DNA of 64,000 nucleotides from Rubripirellula sp. (GCA_965216875.1 OZ244207.1:5728001-5792000), one strand, 5' to 3'; positions 29,901-39,680 are shown, numbered from the stretch's first letter. Numbers and translations: made by a program. The notes: generated by a model from the sequence alone, not told the origin.

Positions 29901-30292
29901 TTGTCGCCTGCCTTCTTGTTGTCGCCGTGTCGATCGCTTGTGAATGCAACATGCTTGCCGTCGGGACTGTACCGCGGCTGCATATCCCAAGCGACTCCGC
30001 TGGTCAGTTTTTCGGGCGACCGCCCACCCGTCGCCTCGGTCCCATCGGCGCCGGTGATCGGCATGATGTAGAGGTCCCCCAACAGATCGAAAACGATCTC
30101 ATTCCCATCAGGACTGACGTCGACGTTGATCCAAGTCCCTTCGGTCGTATCGATCACTTGCGTGTGTGTCGGGCCGGGCGGCGACTCGATGTTCCACTCC
30201 GCTTTTTCTGAATCCGCTGATTCTTTTTCGTCGGCGATCGCGCAGTGTGCCAGAAGAAAACAGGCCGCAGTAACGAGGGTTTTGACGTACAT
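26927..30292 (-). CDS. Amidohydrolase family protein with N-terminal TolB-like (PD40) beta-propellers
   Basis: Multiple SPDG/TPDG repeats; IPGFVDAHAH, FGVTTIHDP, GIEH, GSIETGKLADL. Confidence 0.9.
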   Translation of the reverse strand: MYVKTLVTAACFLLAHCAIADEKESADSEKAEWNIESPPGPTHTQVIDTTEGTWINVDVSPDGNEIVFDLLGDLYIMPITGADGTEATGGRSPEKLTSGVAWDMQPRYSPDGKHVAFTSDRHGDNKKAGDNLWYVTADGESFTQVTTETFRLISGPAWTPDGKYLVGRKHFTSRRSLGAGEMWLFHRDAVELKATGGLQLTKRPNDQKDVNEPIYSPDGRYLYYSQDATPGDTFEYDKDSHKGIYVIKRLDLEKGETETLISGPGGACRPTPSPDGKTIAFVRRVGAKTGLHLFDIESGAVRLVYDLLERDMQEAWAIHGVYSAFDWTPDGKSIVVWAKGKIRNIDVESGEAKEIPFHIKDDRKITRSLRFPIPVGEDEFDVKMLRWTAVAPAGDRVAFQALGHIYVRDLPDGQPKRLTNQTDHFEFYPSFSRDGRYLVYSTWDDQSLGSIRVASVDPDASENWIVTSQPGHYINPCFSPDGETVVYEKKSGGYLTSPLWSRETGIYRIAARGGTAERVSASGANPQFASANDRVFFTKQNSDNDADNRKLCSMNLDGGEVREHYTSQWATDYRISPDRKWIAFIERFNVYIAPFVDTGTSISVGPQASGLPVQKVSAEAGDFIHFSGDSQRLHWALGPTLYTWHLGQQQTKQNAAEETGEANKAKEEDEPKPESVAIGFKHAHAKPTGSVAIVGAKIVTMGEAGVIENGTIVIEGNRITAVGPANKVKPPQDAYVINAKGQVVIPGFVDAHAHGPQAASGLTPQQSWVDMARLAFGVTTIHDPSNDTHSIFAASEMTKAGMIAAPRTFSTGKILYGAAGNFKAEIDSLDDAKFHLRRMKAVGAFSVKSYNQPRRDQRQQVVAAARELEMMVVPEGGSTFMHNMTMIVDGHTGIEHTLPVQTAYDDVMDLWRDTGVGYTPTLSVAYGGISGEQYWYETDDLWLHPRLQTFIPPHVLNPRSRRRNKSPKEDYNHIRVAEIAKQVVDDGGLVQAGGHGQLSGICTHWEMWSFVQGGMTPMEALRSGTLHGAKYLGLDGDLGSIETGKLADLIMIKKGADPTENIRHSEKIQLVIANGNVYETNRMNRFGARAPREPFYWEGNPSGISINVTGTLGVGCSCHRN

Positions 30293-30368
30293 GACGCAAG
30301 GCAAGTTGAAAGGCAGGGAGTCGACGGAGCGTCACCACGCGGGGACGCTCGTCATTTCGTGCCCAATT

Positions 30369-32312
30369 CTACTCGCTCGCAGTGTTCACTTCTGCAGTCA
30401 CTTCAGCGTTCACTTCTGCGGCATCAAGAAAGCCGTCTTGGTTTGCATCGAGCCGTTCGAACTGCTCGGCCGTCCCGATAAATTCGCGACGTGAGAGTTC
30501 GCCGTCGTCGTTGGCGTCCATGCTGGTCGCCCATCGAGGCATCTCGACGACCGTTTTTCCCGGCCGATGCTCGAATCGAAATGTTGTATTGTCCTGGCTG
30601 GGATCACCACGTGCGATCTGCAATACAAACACGTCAGTCAAATCGGCTGGTCGCACCGGCATCGTCTCTCGCCGCAGCCGCAATCCAGCGTCGGCGATTT
30701 CGCGTTCGGAAAGCAACAAATTGTGGTCGCAGTCTAGCATCGCAAAAACCGCGTCCGGGAACTCGGCGGCACGACCACGCACCTGCATGCTCCAAAACGG
30801 CTGTGCCCCGCGGCGACCGCTATTGATCTCTTCGAATGTCAGTTTGTCGTCGTCATCTTTGTCGAGTGCCTCGACCGAAAACTCATCGGGCGCGGCGTCT
30901 GGGATTTCGTCCTCTTCGAGGAAGCCATCCGCGTTGGCATCGAACATGTCGAATACTTCTCGCGGCACTTGGTTCTGACCGCTGCGCGCGTCGCGCACCG
31001 TGGCCAAGAACATCAAATTGCCTGACGCAACCGAAACCATGTCGCCGCGACGCGTCTTTGCAATCGCTGCCTCAAGCCCATCTGGAATCGAAACCAGCTC
31101 AACACTCGGCTGGTCCGCGACCTCCGAAAAATCGACTCGAATTCGCAAGTCAGCCGGGATCGTGCGAAGCGTCTTGGCCTCGGTCACCGACACCGTGCCA
31201 TCGCCATCGCCATCAAGTTTCGCGATCAGTTGGTTGTCGATTCCAAAGGGCTCGTTCGCATCGGAGGCATCGATGGAATAGGGCACGAGCGTCCAATCGA
31301 CATAGCCTTCCAAATCCATTGCGACTTCACCGCGACGATTGCTGCGTCGTCGGTTCCATGCTGGATCATTCTCGCTCTGCTCGATCGATGCCTCATCAAG
31401 ACTGATACGTGAATCTGCGTTTTGATCCAATCGCAACAGTGCCACCGCAGCATCGGTGAGTTCTTGATCATCAATCACCCCGTCGTCACTTGAATCGATC
31501 GCATGAAAGATCGGCGACTCACTTCGATTCAAATCGCGATGGTAGTCGGTACCGACCAACCGTAGCGGACCGGCGTAGCCCGAGTTGCGAAAAAGGAACT
31601 TGGCAACCTCCTCGCCTTCCGCCGTTCGATTTCGATTTTGGTCATATCGTCGAATGATCTCTTTGTATTGATTCTTGTTGATGGATTGGTTGCGACCAAA
31701 ACGCTCCGCGTCGCCCTGAACAAAATCAAGCAAATCGTCCCAAGCAAGCCTATCCGATTCGCCACGTGCTTCCGAAACAATCGCATCGACTCGTTGCTCG
31801 TAGTTCTCGGCAAGGGATTTGCCGTCGATCCGAACATCCAAGTCGACCAACAGGAGTCCCTGCGTCGTGGGCAAGAAGAGTCGATGGGCCGGTGGCAGCT
31901 CTTCTGCAACCACTTCTTCCATCGTCTCCTCATCATTCATCGAAGCTTCCGTCCGTTGCTGCTCCGCCGAACCCTCGGGCTCCGGATCGTCAGCAAGCGC
32001 CGCCTCTTCGTTTTCGGTCGACTCTTCCGCTGTCTCTGATGCTTCTTCCTCAGCCGCCGACTCATCGTTCGACCCGTCAGGCTCGCTTTCGGCGTCCGCT
32101 TCACGTTCAGGCTGCTCGATTGAATCCGTTTCTGGATCGGCATCGGTGCGAGGATGATTGGCTTCGCTTGGCACGGGATCCATCATCACCGGCTGATTTT
32201 TGCCAGCGAGTGGTTCGGTCGACTTTCCACAACCGACCGCAACCAGCAACAGCAAGCAGAAACTCGCAATCCCTTTGTCTACGAGCGATAGGACCTCGCC
32301 TCGCGTCTTCAT
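30369..32312 (-). CDS. Multi-EF-hand putative lipoprotein
   Basis: LLLLVAVGC lipobox-like segment; acidic linker; about 9 DxxxDGxxxxxE-like loops (DSSDDGVIDDQE, DGDGDGTVSVTE, DANADGFLEEDE, DANQDGFLDAAE...). Confidence 0.8.
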   Translation of the reverse strand: MKTRGEVLSLVDKGIASFCLLLLVAVGCGKSTEPLAGKNQPVMMDPVPSEANHPRTDADPETDSIEQPEREADAESEPDGSNDESAAEEEASETAEESTENEEAALADDPEPEGSAEQQRTEASMNDEETMEEVVAEELPPAHRLFLPTTQGLLLVDLDVRIDGKSLAENYEQRVDAIVSEARGESDRLAWDDLLDFVQGDAERFGRNQSINKNQYKEIIRRYDQNRNRTAEGEEVAKFLFRNSGYAGPLRLVGTDYHRDLNRSESPIFHAIDSSDDGVIDDQELTDAAVALLRLDQNADSRISLDEASIEQSENDPAWNRRRSNRRGEVAMDLEGYVDWTLVPYSIDASDANEPFGIDNQLIAKLDGDGDGTVSVTEAKTLRTIPADLRIRVDFSEVADQPSVELVSIPDGLEAAIAKTRRGDMVSVASGNLMFLATVRDARSGQNQVPREVFDMFDANADGFLEEDEIPDAAPDEFSVEALDKDDDDKLTFEEINSGRRGAQPFWSMQVRGRAAEFPDAVFAMLDCDHNLLLSEREIADAGLRLRRETMPVRPADLTDVFVLQIARGDPSQDNTTFRFEHRPGKTVVEMPRWATSMDANDDGELSRREFIGTAEQFERLDANQDGFLDAAEVNAEVTAEVNTASE

Positions 32313-33613
32313 CAGCTCAACACCTCCGTGGCAACGCTTCCCTCGGCGATCGCGATCGGCCGTCCACCTTCGGCGATATTCTCAGTCGCTGGATTAACCC
32401 CAAGGGCTTGGCACAAGGTCGACAATAAGTCCTGTTCGTTCATCTTGCCGTCGTCCACTTCGCTTCCATCCTTGGTCGTTGCACCGTAGACCTGACCGCC
32501 AGCCACGCCACCGCCGGCAAGCACACAGGTGAAAGCTTGCGGAAAATGATCACGACCACCGTTGCCGTTGATCACCGGCGTGCGTCCGAATTCACCCGCC
32601 CACAGGATCGTCGTTTTTTCGAGCAAACCGATTTGACCCAGTTCCGTCATCAAGGTCGCCCAACCTGCATCCAAGCGTTCACTTAGTCGCCCCACTTGTT
32701 CAAAGTTGTTCGCGTGCGTGTCCCACTCAAGTCCGTTGCCGAGTGTCACTTCGACAAGCGGAACGCCCCGCTCGATCAAGCGCCGAGCCATCAGGCAACC
32801 TTGACCGAACGAGCCACGACCGTACGCCTCGCGAACCTTGTCAGGTTCTTCGGAAAGATCGAACGCATGTTTTGCATCACTTCCAAGCATCCGAATCGCC
32901 GACTCATAGACCGTGTCTTGAGCGATCACGTTGGACGTGCCGCGGCGTTTCCGAAAATCGGCCTGCATCGTGCGCCACAGCTCGAGCCGCGCGAGTTGAC
33001 GATCGGAATTCACGTTCTTCGCCCGCTCAAGAAAATCGACACGAAGTTGGGCAAACCCGTCGTCCGGCACGCCGCCGCCTCCGGCAACCGACGTCGCCGC
33101 ATGTTTAGGTCCGAGGAACCCGGGACTGATGGAATTGCGCGCGAAGGGACCGGGCGCAATGGTCACGTAATCGGGTAGCTCTGACATTTCGCCGCCGAGT
33201 GCTTTCGATAATGAGCAACCGATCGACGGATAGGAAACCGGTCCACCAGGGATGTGCCCCGTGCGCATCAAGACCGTTCCCCGTTCATGGTCGCCTTCCT
33301 TGGTACTCATGCCGCGCAGGATGGCGAGCGAATCGGCATGTTTGGCAAGTTTCGGCAGGTGTTCGCTAAATCGGATTCCCGGAACACTCGTCGAGACTTC
33401 TTTGATCGAGCCGCCGTTGGCGTGACCCGGCTTCATGTCGAACGTATCGATCTGGCTTGGCCCGCCCGACATCCAAAGCAGCACGCAATGCCTGCCTTGT
33501 TCTTTGGCCGCTTTGGCGGCCGCAGCGATCGACGGAAGCCATGCACTTGAAGCAACGCCCGCAGCGCTAAGTGAAGCGTATTGCATCCACGATCTTCGAT
33601 TCAAGCGACTCAT
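32312..33613 (-). CDS. DUF1501 domain protein with Tat signal
   Basis: NRRSWM; LWMSGGPSQIDTFDMKP, ARRLIERGV, WDTH, GEFGRTP, GRDH. Confidence 0.92.
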   Translation of the reverse strand: MSRLNRRSWMQYASLSAAGVASSAWLPSIAAAAKAAKEQGRHCVLLWMSGGPSQIDTFDMKPGHANGGSIKEVSTSVPGIRFSEHLPKLAKHADSLAILRGMSTKEGDHERGTVLMRTGHIPGGPVSYPSIGCSLSKALGGEMSELPDYVTIAPGPFARNSISPGFLGPKHAATSVAGGGGVPDDGFAQLRVDFLERAKNVNSDRQLARLELWRTMQADFRKRRGTSNVIAQDTVYESAIRMLGSDAKHAFDLSEEPDKVREAYGRGSFGQGCLMARRLIERGVPLVEVTLGNGLEWDTHANNFEQVGRLSERLDAGWATLMTELGQIGLLEKTTILWAGEFGRTPVINGNGGRDHFPQAFTCVLAGGGVAGGQVYGATTKDGSEVDDGKMNEQDLLSTLCQALGVNPATENIAEGGRPIAIAEGSVATEVLS

Positions 33614-33685
33614 ATCAGTCGACTCCTAGGGACTTGGATTCGTGCGTGGTCTCGGTGACAAACTTGTCTTATGGACAACATCGCT

Positions 33686-35263
33686 CTACGGACAAACGGC
33701 GCACTCGGCCGTATTCAGCAGCGCCCAAAGCATGTCACCAAAGGCACTTGCTTTCTCTCCCGAATTGCTGGCCGCCGATAAATGTTGGCCAAACATTTGC
33801 AGTTCATCCTCGGTTGGCAAACGCGAAAGGGTTGCAAGGAACAGGGTTTCGATTCGTTGTGTGTCATCAAAGAATGGGGCTTCGATAGCGCCCAGCAAAG
33901 GGCTTTGGACCGAGTCGGTTGCCATTCCCACTTCGGGACCATTCATCATGCCCAAAGCCTGGACGACGCCGTGTGGGTAATCGCGTGGCGTGGTTCCGGG
34001 TGCTCGCATGCGCGCGAGGAACTGTTCGCGCCGACCGTTGTCGGGCGATCGACGATCTCGCGCGCTGATCGCGCTGCCACAATAAACATTTTGATGCAGA
34101 CTGTCGTAAAACTGCCGAGCCGTCAGTGATTTGACTTGCATGGCTGCGAACGATTCACTTGGCGGCCGCTCAGCATCGACGACTTCACTTGTTCGTTGAT
34201 AGGCGTCCGTTCGGGCGATCGCAGCGTAAACGTCGCGCAGGTCGAAACGTTGTTGAACGAGGAACGCGGCAAGGTGTTCGAGCAACTCGGGATGCGACGG
34301 CTTGTTGTCGGCATCCATCGAATCAACCGGGTCGACGATGCCTCGCCCAAACAGGTGATCCCAAACTCGATTGACGGCAGCTCGTGCAAAGTACGGGTTG
34401 TCGCGTGATGCCATCCAAATCGTCAATTGACGACGCCGATTGTTTCCTGGATCAGGTCCTGGCGGCTCTTCGATCCCTGGATAGCGCGGTGACATGACGT
34501 CTTCGGTATCGGGCAACATGACTTCGCCGCTCGTCTTGTCCTCGATCACCGTCTGGCCAGCCATGCGTCCGTCAGTCTGGGACAGTCGTCCAAAGAACGC
34601 GGCGTACTGCCAAAAATCTTCTTGTGTCCAACGGTCCGACGGATGGTTGTGGCACTGGGCACATTGCAATTGAATGCCCATGAAGATCTGCGAAGTCGCG
34701 GCCGCAAGTTTCTCGGGCGCAAGTTCATGCGACGTGTAAAAAACGGCTGGCCCTGCATCACCAGCACCACCGGCTGTGAGAAACCCACCGACAAAATAGT
34801 CGTAGGGTGTGTTGTCACGAAATTGCTCGTGCAACCAATCCCCAAGTTCCAACACGTTGTCGCGCTGTTGCAATTGTGTCTGGGCGTCGGAGGGCAGCAG
34901 GATATCGATCCAACGCGCCGACATGTGCCGAGCGTAACCGGGCGAAGCAAGCAAACGATCGATCAACTGCTGGCGTTTGTCTTCACTGGTGTCGGCCAAG
35001 AACTCGCGGAGCTCATAAACAGGCGGCGCGACGCCCGCGAGATCGAGCCAAACGCGACGGCAAAACTCTTCATCATTGCTGATCGCTGCTGGCGTGATCT
35101 CGTTACGATCCCAGGCAGCGGCCAAAAGCTGGTCGATTCGCTGCGCAGCTTCTTCGATCGATGTCGACTTCTGCTGGGCCATCACCGAGGTTGCACTCAG
35201 CAGACCGATCCAAACCAGAAACCCGAACCGCACCAATAACACTGTGCAACGAGAGTGACGCAT
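33686..35263 (-). CDS. DUF1549/DUF1553 domain protein
   Basis: EFCRRVWLDLAG, CAQCHNHP, NPYFARAAVNRVW, PSHPELL, DMLWALLNTAE. Confidence 0.9.
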   Translation of the reverse strand: MRHSRCTVLLVRFGFLVWIGLLSATSVMAQQKSTSIEEAAQRIDQLLAAAWDRNEITPAAISNDEEFCRRVWLDLAGVAPPVYELREFLADTSEDKRQQLIDRLLASPGYARHMSARWIDILLPSDAQTQLQQRDNVLELGDWLHEQFRDNTPYDYFVGGFLTAGGAGDAGPAVFYTSHELAPEKLAAATSQIFMGIQLQCAQCHNHPSDRWTQEDFWQYAAFFGRLSQTDGRMAGQTVIEDKTSGEVMLPDTEDVMSPRYPGIEEPPGPDPGNNRRRQLTIWMASRDNPYFARAAVNRVWDHLFGRGIVDPVDSMDADNKPSHPELLEHLAAFLVQQRFDLRDVYAAIARTDAYQRTSEVVDAERPPSESFAAMQVKSLTARQFYDSLHQNVYCGSAISARDRRSPDNGRREQFLARMRAPGTTPRDYPHGVVQALGMMNGPEVGMATDSVQSPLLGAIEAPFFDDTQRIETLFLATLSRLPTEDELQMFGQHLSAASNSGEKASAFGDMLWALLNTAECAVCP

Positions 35264-35522
35264 ACCTTTTCCCCACGATGTCGGCCCATCAGAGCCCATT
35301 CCCCACCCCTCCATTTATACCAGGGGCAGAGTCGCGTCGCGAAGATTTGTTATTTCTCACACGGTGCGTAGGCACGATCGCTCCGGTGCGGGTGCCCCAA
35401 GCAATCCGTGGTTGCTTATTCCGCCGCCTGCAATTCGCGTGATCCGTGCCATCCGTGGTTACCCCGAACCACTAAAAGACCGGCGGCTAGATAGCACCAA
35501 AGCCGCGCACGAAGCTTATCCT

Positions 35523-35972
35523 CTACGGCTGATCCGAGCGAAGTATATCGGCATCAAGAATGTCTTTAGGCCGTCCGCTGGCGATTTTGTTCTGCAATAG
35601 CTGTTCGCGACCGATGACACTCACCACTAAGCCATCAAGGTCGACGATCAGGCGATTGGACCAGGCATCATCAAAGCTAACGCCTGATATCAAGGTCATA
35701 ATATCAATTCGTTGAGGGGCGACGCCAATCTGAAAAACGATACCAGGTGCTGAAAAGTCTTGGACAGAGATCTCAGCCATCGGAGCACCGAAGGAAGTGA
35801 GTGCCGCCCAAACACATTGTGCGTTTTCTGGCGTGGCACGGATCCAGATGTCAATGTCGCCCGTCGAACGAGGACATCCATGTGCTGCCATGGCGTAGGC
35901 ACCGACCACAAGATACTCAGCTCGCGCGTCGTTCAACGCGAGCAACATGTCTCTGAAATTCGGATTTAGCAC
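35523..35972 (-). CDS. Putative nucleotidyltransferase (Pol-beta superfamily; DUF6036/AbiEii-like)
   Basis: VVGAYAMAAHGCPRSTGDIDIW and NKIASGRPKD motifs; GTG start inferred. Confidence 0.8.
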   Translation of the reverse strand: MLNPNFRDMLLALNDARAEYLVVGAYAMAAHGCPRSTGDIDIWIRATPENAQCVWAALTSFGAPMAEISVQDFSAPGIVFQIGVAPQRIDIMTLISGVSFDDAWSNRLIVDLDGLVVSVIGREQLLQNKIASGRPKDILDADILRSDQP

Positions 35973-36129
35973 GAATCGGATCCCGGAATGCCCAAGCGTC
36001 AAGCGTTAGCTGCCAAACCATTCCCATCCGTTCGGCTGGAGTCGCATCGAGAATGATACCACGGTCGTCCTGTCCCTGAAGCGTTGTCACGCGAACGACA
36101 GTACGATCCATTCTTGAGCGATCCGACAT
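35917..36129 (-). CDS. Small hypothetical protein (70 aa) overlapping the nucleotidyltransferase
   Basis: ATG start; TPAERMGMVWQLTLDAWAF helix; upstream of and overlapping the NTase. Confidence 0.6.
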   Translation of the reverse strand: MSDRSRMDRTVVRVTTLQGQDDRGIILDATPAERMGMVWQLTLDAWAFRDPIRAKSEFQRHVARVERRAS

Positions 36130-36346
36130 CGGGCTGTGTTTAATCTAAGAGCAACGATTGGTTGGTACTGCCTCCAGTCCGAGCGAACCAGAACGACATG
36201 AACAGTCATCGTACCAACTCAGGGCGTGCGGAGGCGATCGCGATACCACCGAAGCAACCGTTTGTGCAACTCAGGCAGTGCTCGCGAGCCGCCGCCGTGA
36301 GGTCTCGGCCCTTACACCACATGAAGTTCGCTCAAGGTCAGGACGC

Positions 36347-38263
36347 TCATGAACCCGAACCAAATTCGATCGAGTCGATTTCGACCCAGGTGCCCGGTTC
36401 GGCCGCGATGCGCAGCTGCAGCGAAGTGATCGCTCCTTGGCTCTGGACACTTTCGCTCACGTTCATTAGCCACTTACGAACCTCGTCACCGGCAACCGTT
36501 TCGACGCTGCCAATGACTTGCTCGCCATCGCGCTCCTCAAAGGTGGCTAACACGGTGATTTTCGCTGGCTCACTCGTTCGCAGTGCAATTTGAACCGGTG
36601 CGTTGTTCTTGGAAACCAACGCTTTGAGTCCATCGCGCTCAAGAACAGCGTCCCCTTTGGCGACCGCGAAATCCAAGAAGCCTTGTCGCCCAGCGATGTT
36701 TCCGAGGCCATCGGATTTCGCCTTCCAACCTTCGGTCTGCCATCCACCACAGTCGAAGGTGAATCGCAACACACCGTCATCGGGATCGCGCCCATTGATC
36801 TTTTCCCATTCGTCCGACAAACCATCGCCATCTCGATCGGTGCGAACGACTTCGTATTCGGGGTTCACTGCCCTGCCCCATTTGTGGCCTTGGGCTTGGC
36901 ATTTCATTTCCTCGAGCGATTCTTCTCCTTCGCCATCGTCTCCCTTGGCGAGCCAATCGTCCAACAGCTTGCGATGTCGATTGAGTTCTTGCGCGTACTG
37001 GGCATCGCCGACGAGGTTATCGAGTTGGCTTGGGTCGGACTTCACATCGTAGAACTCTTCACTCGGCCGCTCGCCAAAGTAGATCTCGGTCAACTTGGGC
37101 GACAATTCTCCCGAAGCGTAAAGTGACCGCAAGTTTTTCACGTAGTCTTTGGAATCACGATACTGAGGCTGCAAGAAGATCCGATCCGTTTTGTAGTTTC
37201 GGGTGTACCGAAAACGATCGGTTCGGATGGTTCGTACGCGATCGATCGTGTGATCAAGTCGGTCCTTGGCCGCGGCAACAAAACTGCGTGGAACAAATCT
37301 TTCGGCGAACAAAAACTGCCCTTCGTACCACACCGGTTGTTTCACTCCAGCCCAAGCGAGAGTCGTCGCTGAAAGATCGAGCATATTCACCAGGTCGTCG
37401 CGAACCGACGGCGCCGGCACCCACGGATCAGGCCCGGCGATAATGAACGGAACATGCAAGCCACCTTCGGTTGGCATTTGCTTATGGCGAACAAGGTTGT
37501 TTGCGCCGTGATCACCAAAGTAGACAACGATCGTGTTCTCATCCAAACCGGACGCTTTCAAACCCTCGAGAACAGTGCCGATGAAATCGTCGTCTTTTCG
37601 AATCGCATCGTAGTGCTGCGCGACGACTTCGCGATACAACTGGTTTTGTGGGTAATCCGGTGGCACGGTCACCGCAGCTGGATCAACCTTTCGGTCGCTC
37701 GGGAACTTGGTGGTGTTGTTCTTGCCACCGGCCGTTTGGATTTGCCCAAAGAAAGGTTGGTTCTCTTTCAGCGTCTCCCACGGCACTGGACTACGACCTT
37801 TTTGTTCATACGAATAGGTCGCTTTCTGATCCCAAAGGAAGTTGTAGTCCGTCTTGCCAAGGTTGAATGTGTAATAACCACTCTCTTTGACCAGTTGCGG
37901 CAACAATTTCAATCCATTGGGCAAGGTGAGCTTGGCAGGCCCGCGCGACGAACGGTGTTCGTGAGCATTGAAACGAATTTGGCTTTGACCACCCATCATC
38001 GCTGATCGACATGCCGAGCAAACGGGTGCGGGAACGAAGGCACGTGAAAAACGGATGCCCTTGGAAGCGAGCGAATCGATGTTTGGCGTCTTGCCGCGAT
38101 TCACTTCGTGACCGTAACTTCCCATCCATGGCGAGGTGTCTTCGGCAAAGAGCCAAAGAATGTTGGGACGCTGCTTTTTACTCTTGCTGGCATCGTCTTC
38201 CGCTGACAGCAACGCTGTGGGGGCGACAAACAATGCGAATACCGCGATGGTCAATTTTCTCAT
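36347..38263 (-). CDS. Sulfatase with C-terminal Ca-binding repeat and beta-sandwich-like domain
   Basis: RPNILWLFAED, CSACR, GDHG; DRDGDGLSDEWE motif before the extra domain. Confidence 0.9.
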   Translation of the reverse strand: MRKLTIAVFALFVAPTALLSAEDDASKSKKQRPNILWLFAEDTSPWMGSYGHEVNRGKTPNIDSLASKGIRFSRAFVPAPVCSACRSAMMGGQSQIRFNAHEHRSSRGPAKLTLPNGLKLLPQLVKESGYYTFNLGKTDYNFLWDQKATYSYEQKGRSPVPWETLKENQPFFGQIQTAGGKNNTTKFPSDRKVDPAAVTVPPDYPQNQLYREVVAQHYDAIRKDDDFIGTVLEGLKASGLDENTIVVYFGDHGANNLVRHKQMPTEGGLHVPFIIAGPDPWVPAPSVRDDLVNMLDLSATTLAWAGVKQPVWYEGQFLFAERFVPRSFVAAAKDRLDHTIDRVRTIRTDRFRYTRNYKTDRIFLQPQYRDSKDYVKNLRSLYASGELSPKLTEIYFGERPSEEFYDVKSDPSQLDNLVGDAQYAQELNRHRKLLDDWLAKGDDGEGEESLEEMKCQAQGHKWGRAVNPEYEVVRTDRDGDGLSDEWEKINGRDPDDGVLRFTFDCGGWQTEGWKAKSDGLGNIAGRQGFLDFAVAKGDAVLERDGLKALVSKNNAPVQIALRTSEPAKITVLATFEERDGEQVIGSVETVAGDEVRKWLMNVSESVQSQGAITSLQLRIAAEPGTWVEIDSIEFGSGS

Positions 38264-38375
38264 GGTGATCTGTGGTGGCTTGTGGATTTGGGTGGTCCAG
38301 CCCCGTTAGCATAATCATCTCAGCTTTGCAGGCTGCTTCACTGGATCGCTCAATCACGGGAATGGGTGCAATTTC

Positions 38376-39680
38376 ATGTCGCGACGCGTCTCCACCATGC
38401 TCCTTTCACGCTTTACCACCACTTTCATCGCGACTCTCGGTTTCGGCTTGGCGTTGGAGTCATCCGGATGGGCTGGTGACTGGCCACAATTCCTCGGACC
38501 CAAGGCCGACGCAACTTCGAGCGAATCGGTTCCGACCGACTGGAGCCTGTCAAAGAACCTAGCCTGGAAGGTCGACCTGCCGGGTGCGGGTTCCTCGAGT
38601 CCGATCATCATCGGCAACCGAGTCGTCGTCACCTGCTACAGCATCGAAGGTCAAAAGGTCAAACGTCAAATCGTTTGCCTCGACAAAGTATCAGGAGATG
38701 AATTGTGGACGCGCGAAATCGATGCCAATTACACCGAAGATGCGTACAACGGCTACATCACCGAACATGGCTATGCCAGTAACACACCGGTTTCTGACGG
38801 CAAATCAATCTTTGTGTTTCTGGGCAAAGGCGGTGTTCACTCATTGAGGCTCGACGGTGACATCCAATGGAGCGTCGATGTTGGAAAAGAATCGAGCAAC
38901 CGTCGTTGGGGCTCGGCTGCGAGTCTGGTTCTGTTCGAGAACCGTCTGATCGTCAACGCGTCCGAAGAGTCGCAAGCAATCATTGCGCTGGATCAAAAAA
39001 CGGGCGACGAACTTTGGCGGCAAGAGGCTGGCATGCTTGAACTCGCATATGGCACTCCCCGTTTGGTCGCCCCAAAGGGTGGTGATGCGGAATTAGTCAT
39101 CAGTGTGCCGGAAGAGATTTGGGCGCTCAATCCAAAGACAGGCAAATTGAAATGGTACGCCGAATCGCCAATGACCGGCAACGTGTCTCCTTCGGTCATT
39201 GTTGACGGCGACAAGGTGTACAGCTTTGGCGGGTATCGTAGTTCCGGCAGCATCGCCGTTCGCGCAGGCGGAAAAGGGAACGTCAGCGACTCGAGCACAC
39301 TGTGGAGCAATCGCAGCAGTTCTTATGTGGCGACACCCTTGCTACACAAAGGCAAGTTGTATTGGATCGATGATCGCGGAATCGCCTACTGCACTTCGGC
39401 ATCGGATGGCGAAGTGGTATATCGCAGTCGCGTCCAGAACCTCGAAAGCGGACGTCCTGTCTATGCCTCACCTACCTTGATCGGCGACCACATCTACGTC
39501 GTCACTCGTCGCAGCGGCACGATCGTCTACGATCCAGGCGACGAATTCAAAGTGATCGCTCAGAATCGTTTTGCCGACGACGAAACCGACTTCAACGCAT
39601 CGCCCGCGATTTCTGAGGGCAAGCTCTACCTGCGCAGCAACAAAGCGATCTACTGCATCGCCCAATCGCCTTCTCCGTAG
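38376..39680 (+). CDS. PQQ-like beta-propeller (BamB-like) protein
   Basis: DWPQFLGP, WKVDLPGAGSSSP, YASNTP, YASP, NASPAIS.GKLYLRS. Confidence 0.9.
   Translation: MSRRVSTMLLSRFTTTFIATLGFGLALESSGWAGDWPQFLGPKADATSSESVPTDWSLSKNLAWKVDLPGAGSSSPIIIGNRVVVTCYSIEGQKVKRQIVCLDKVSGDELWTREIDANYTEDAYNGYITEHGYASNTPVSDGKSIFVFLGKGGVHSLRLDGDIQWSVDVGKESSNRRWGSAASLVLFENRLIVNASEESQAIIALDQKTGDELWRQEAGMLELAYGTPRLVAPKGGDAELVISVPEEIWALNPKTGKLKWYAESPMTGNVSPSVIVDGDKVYSFGGYRSSGSIAVRAGGKGNVSDSSTLWSNRSSSYVATPLLHKGKLYWIDDRGIAYCTSASDGEVVYRSRVQNLESGRPVYASPTLIGDHIYVVTRRSGTIVYDPGDEFKVIAQNRFADDETDFNASPAISEGKLYLRSNKAIYCIAQSPSP

Noticed and set aside
36158..36346. ORFs between the small NTase partner and the sulfatase
   Set aside because: No start signals or motifs; they overlap a real gene on the opposite strand
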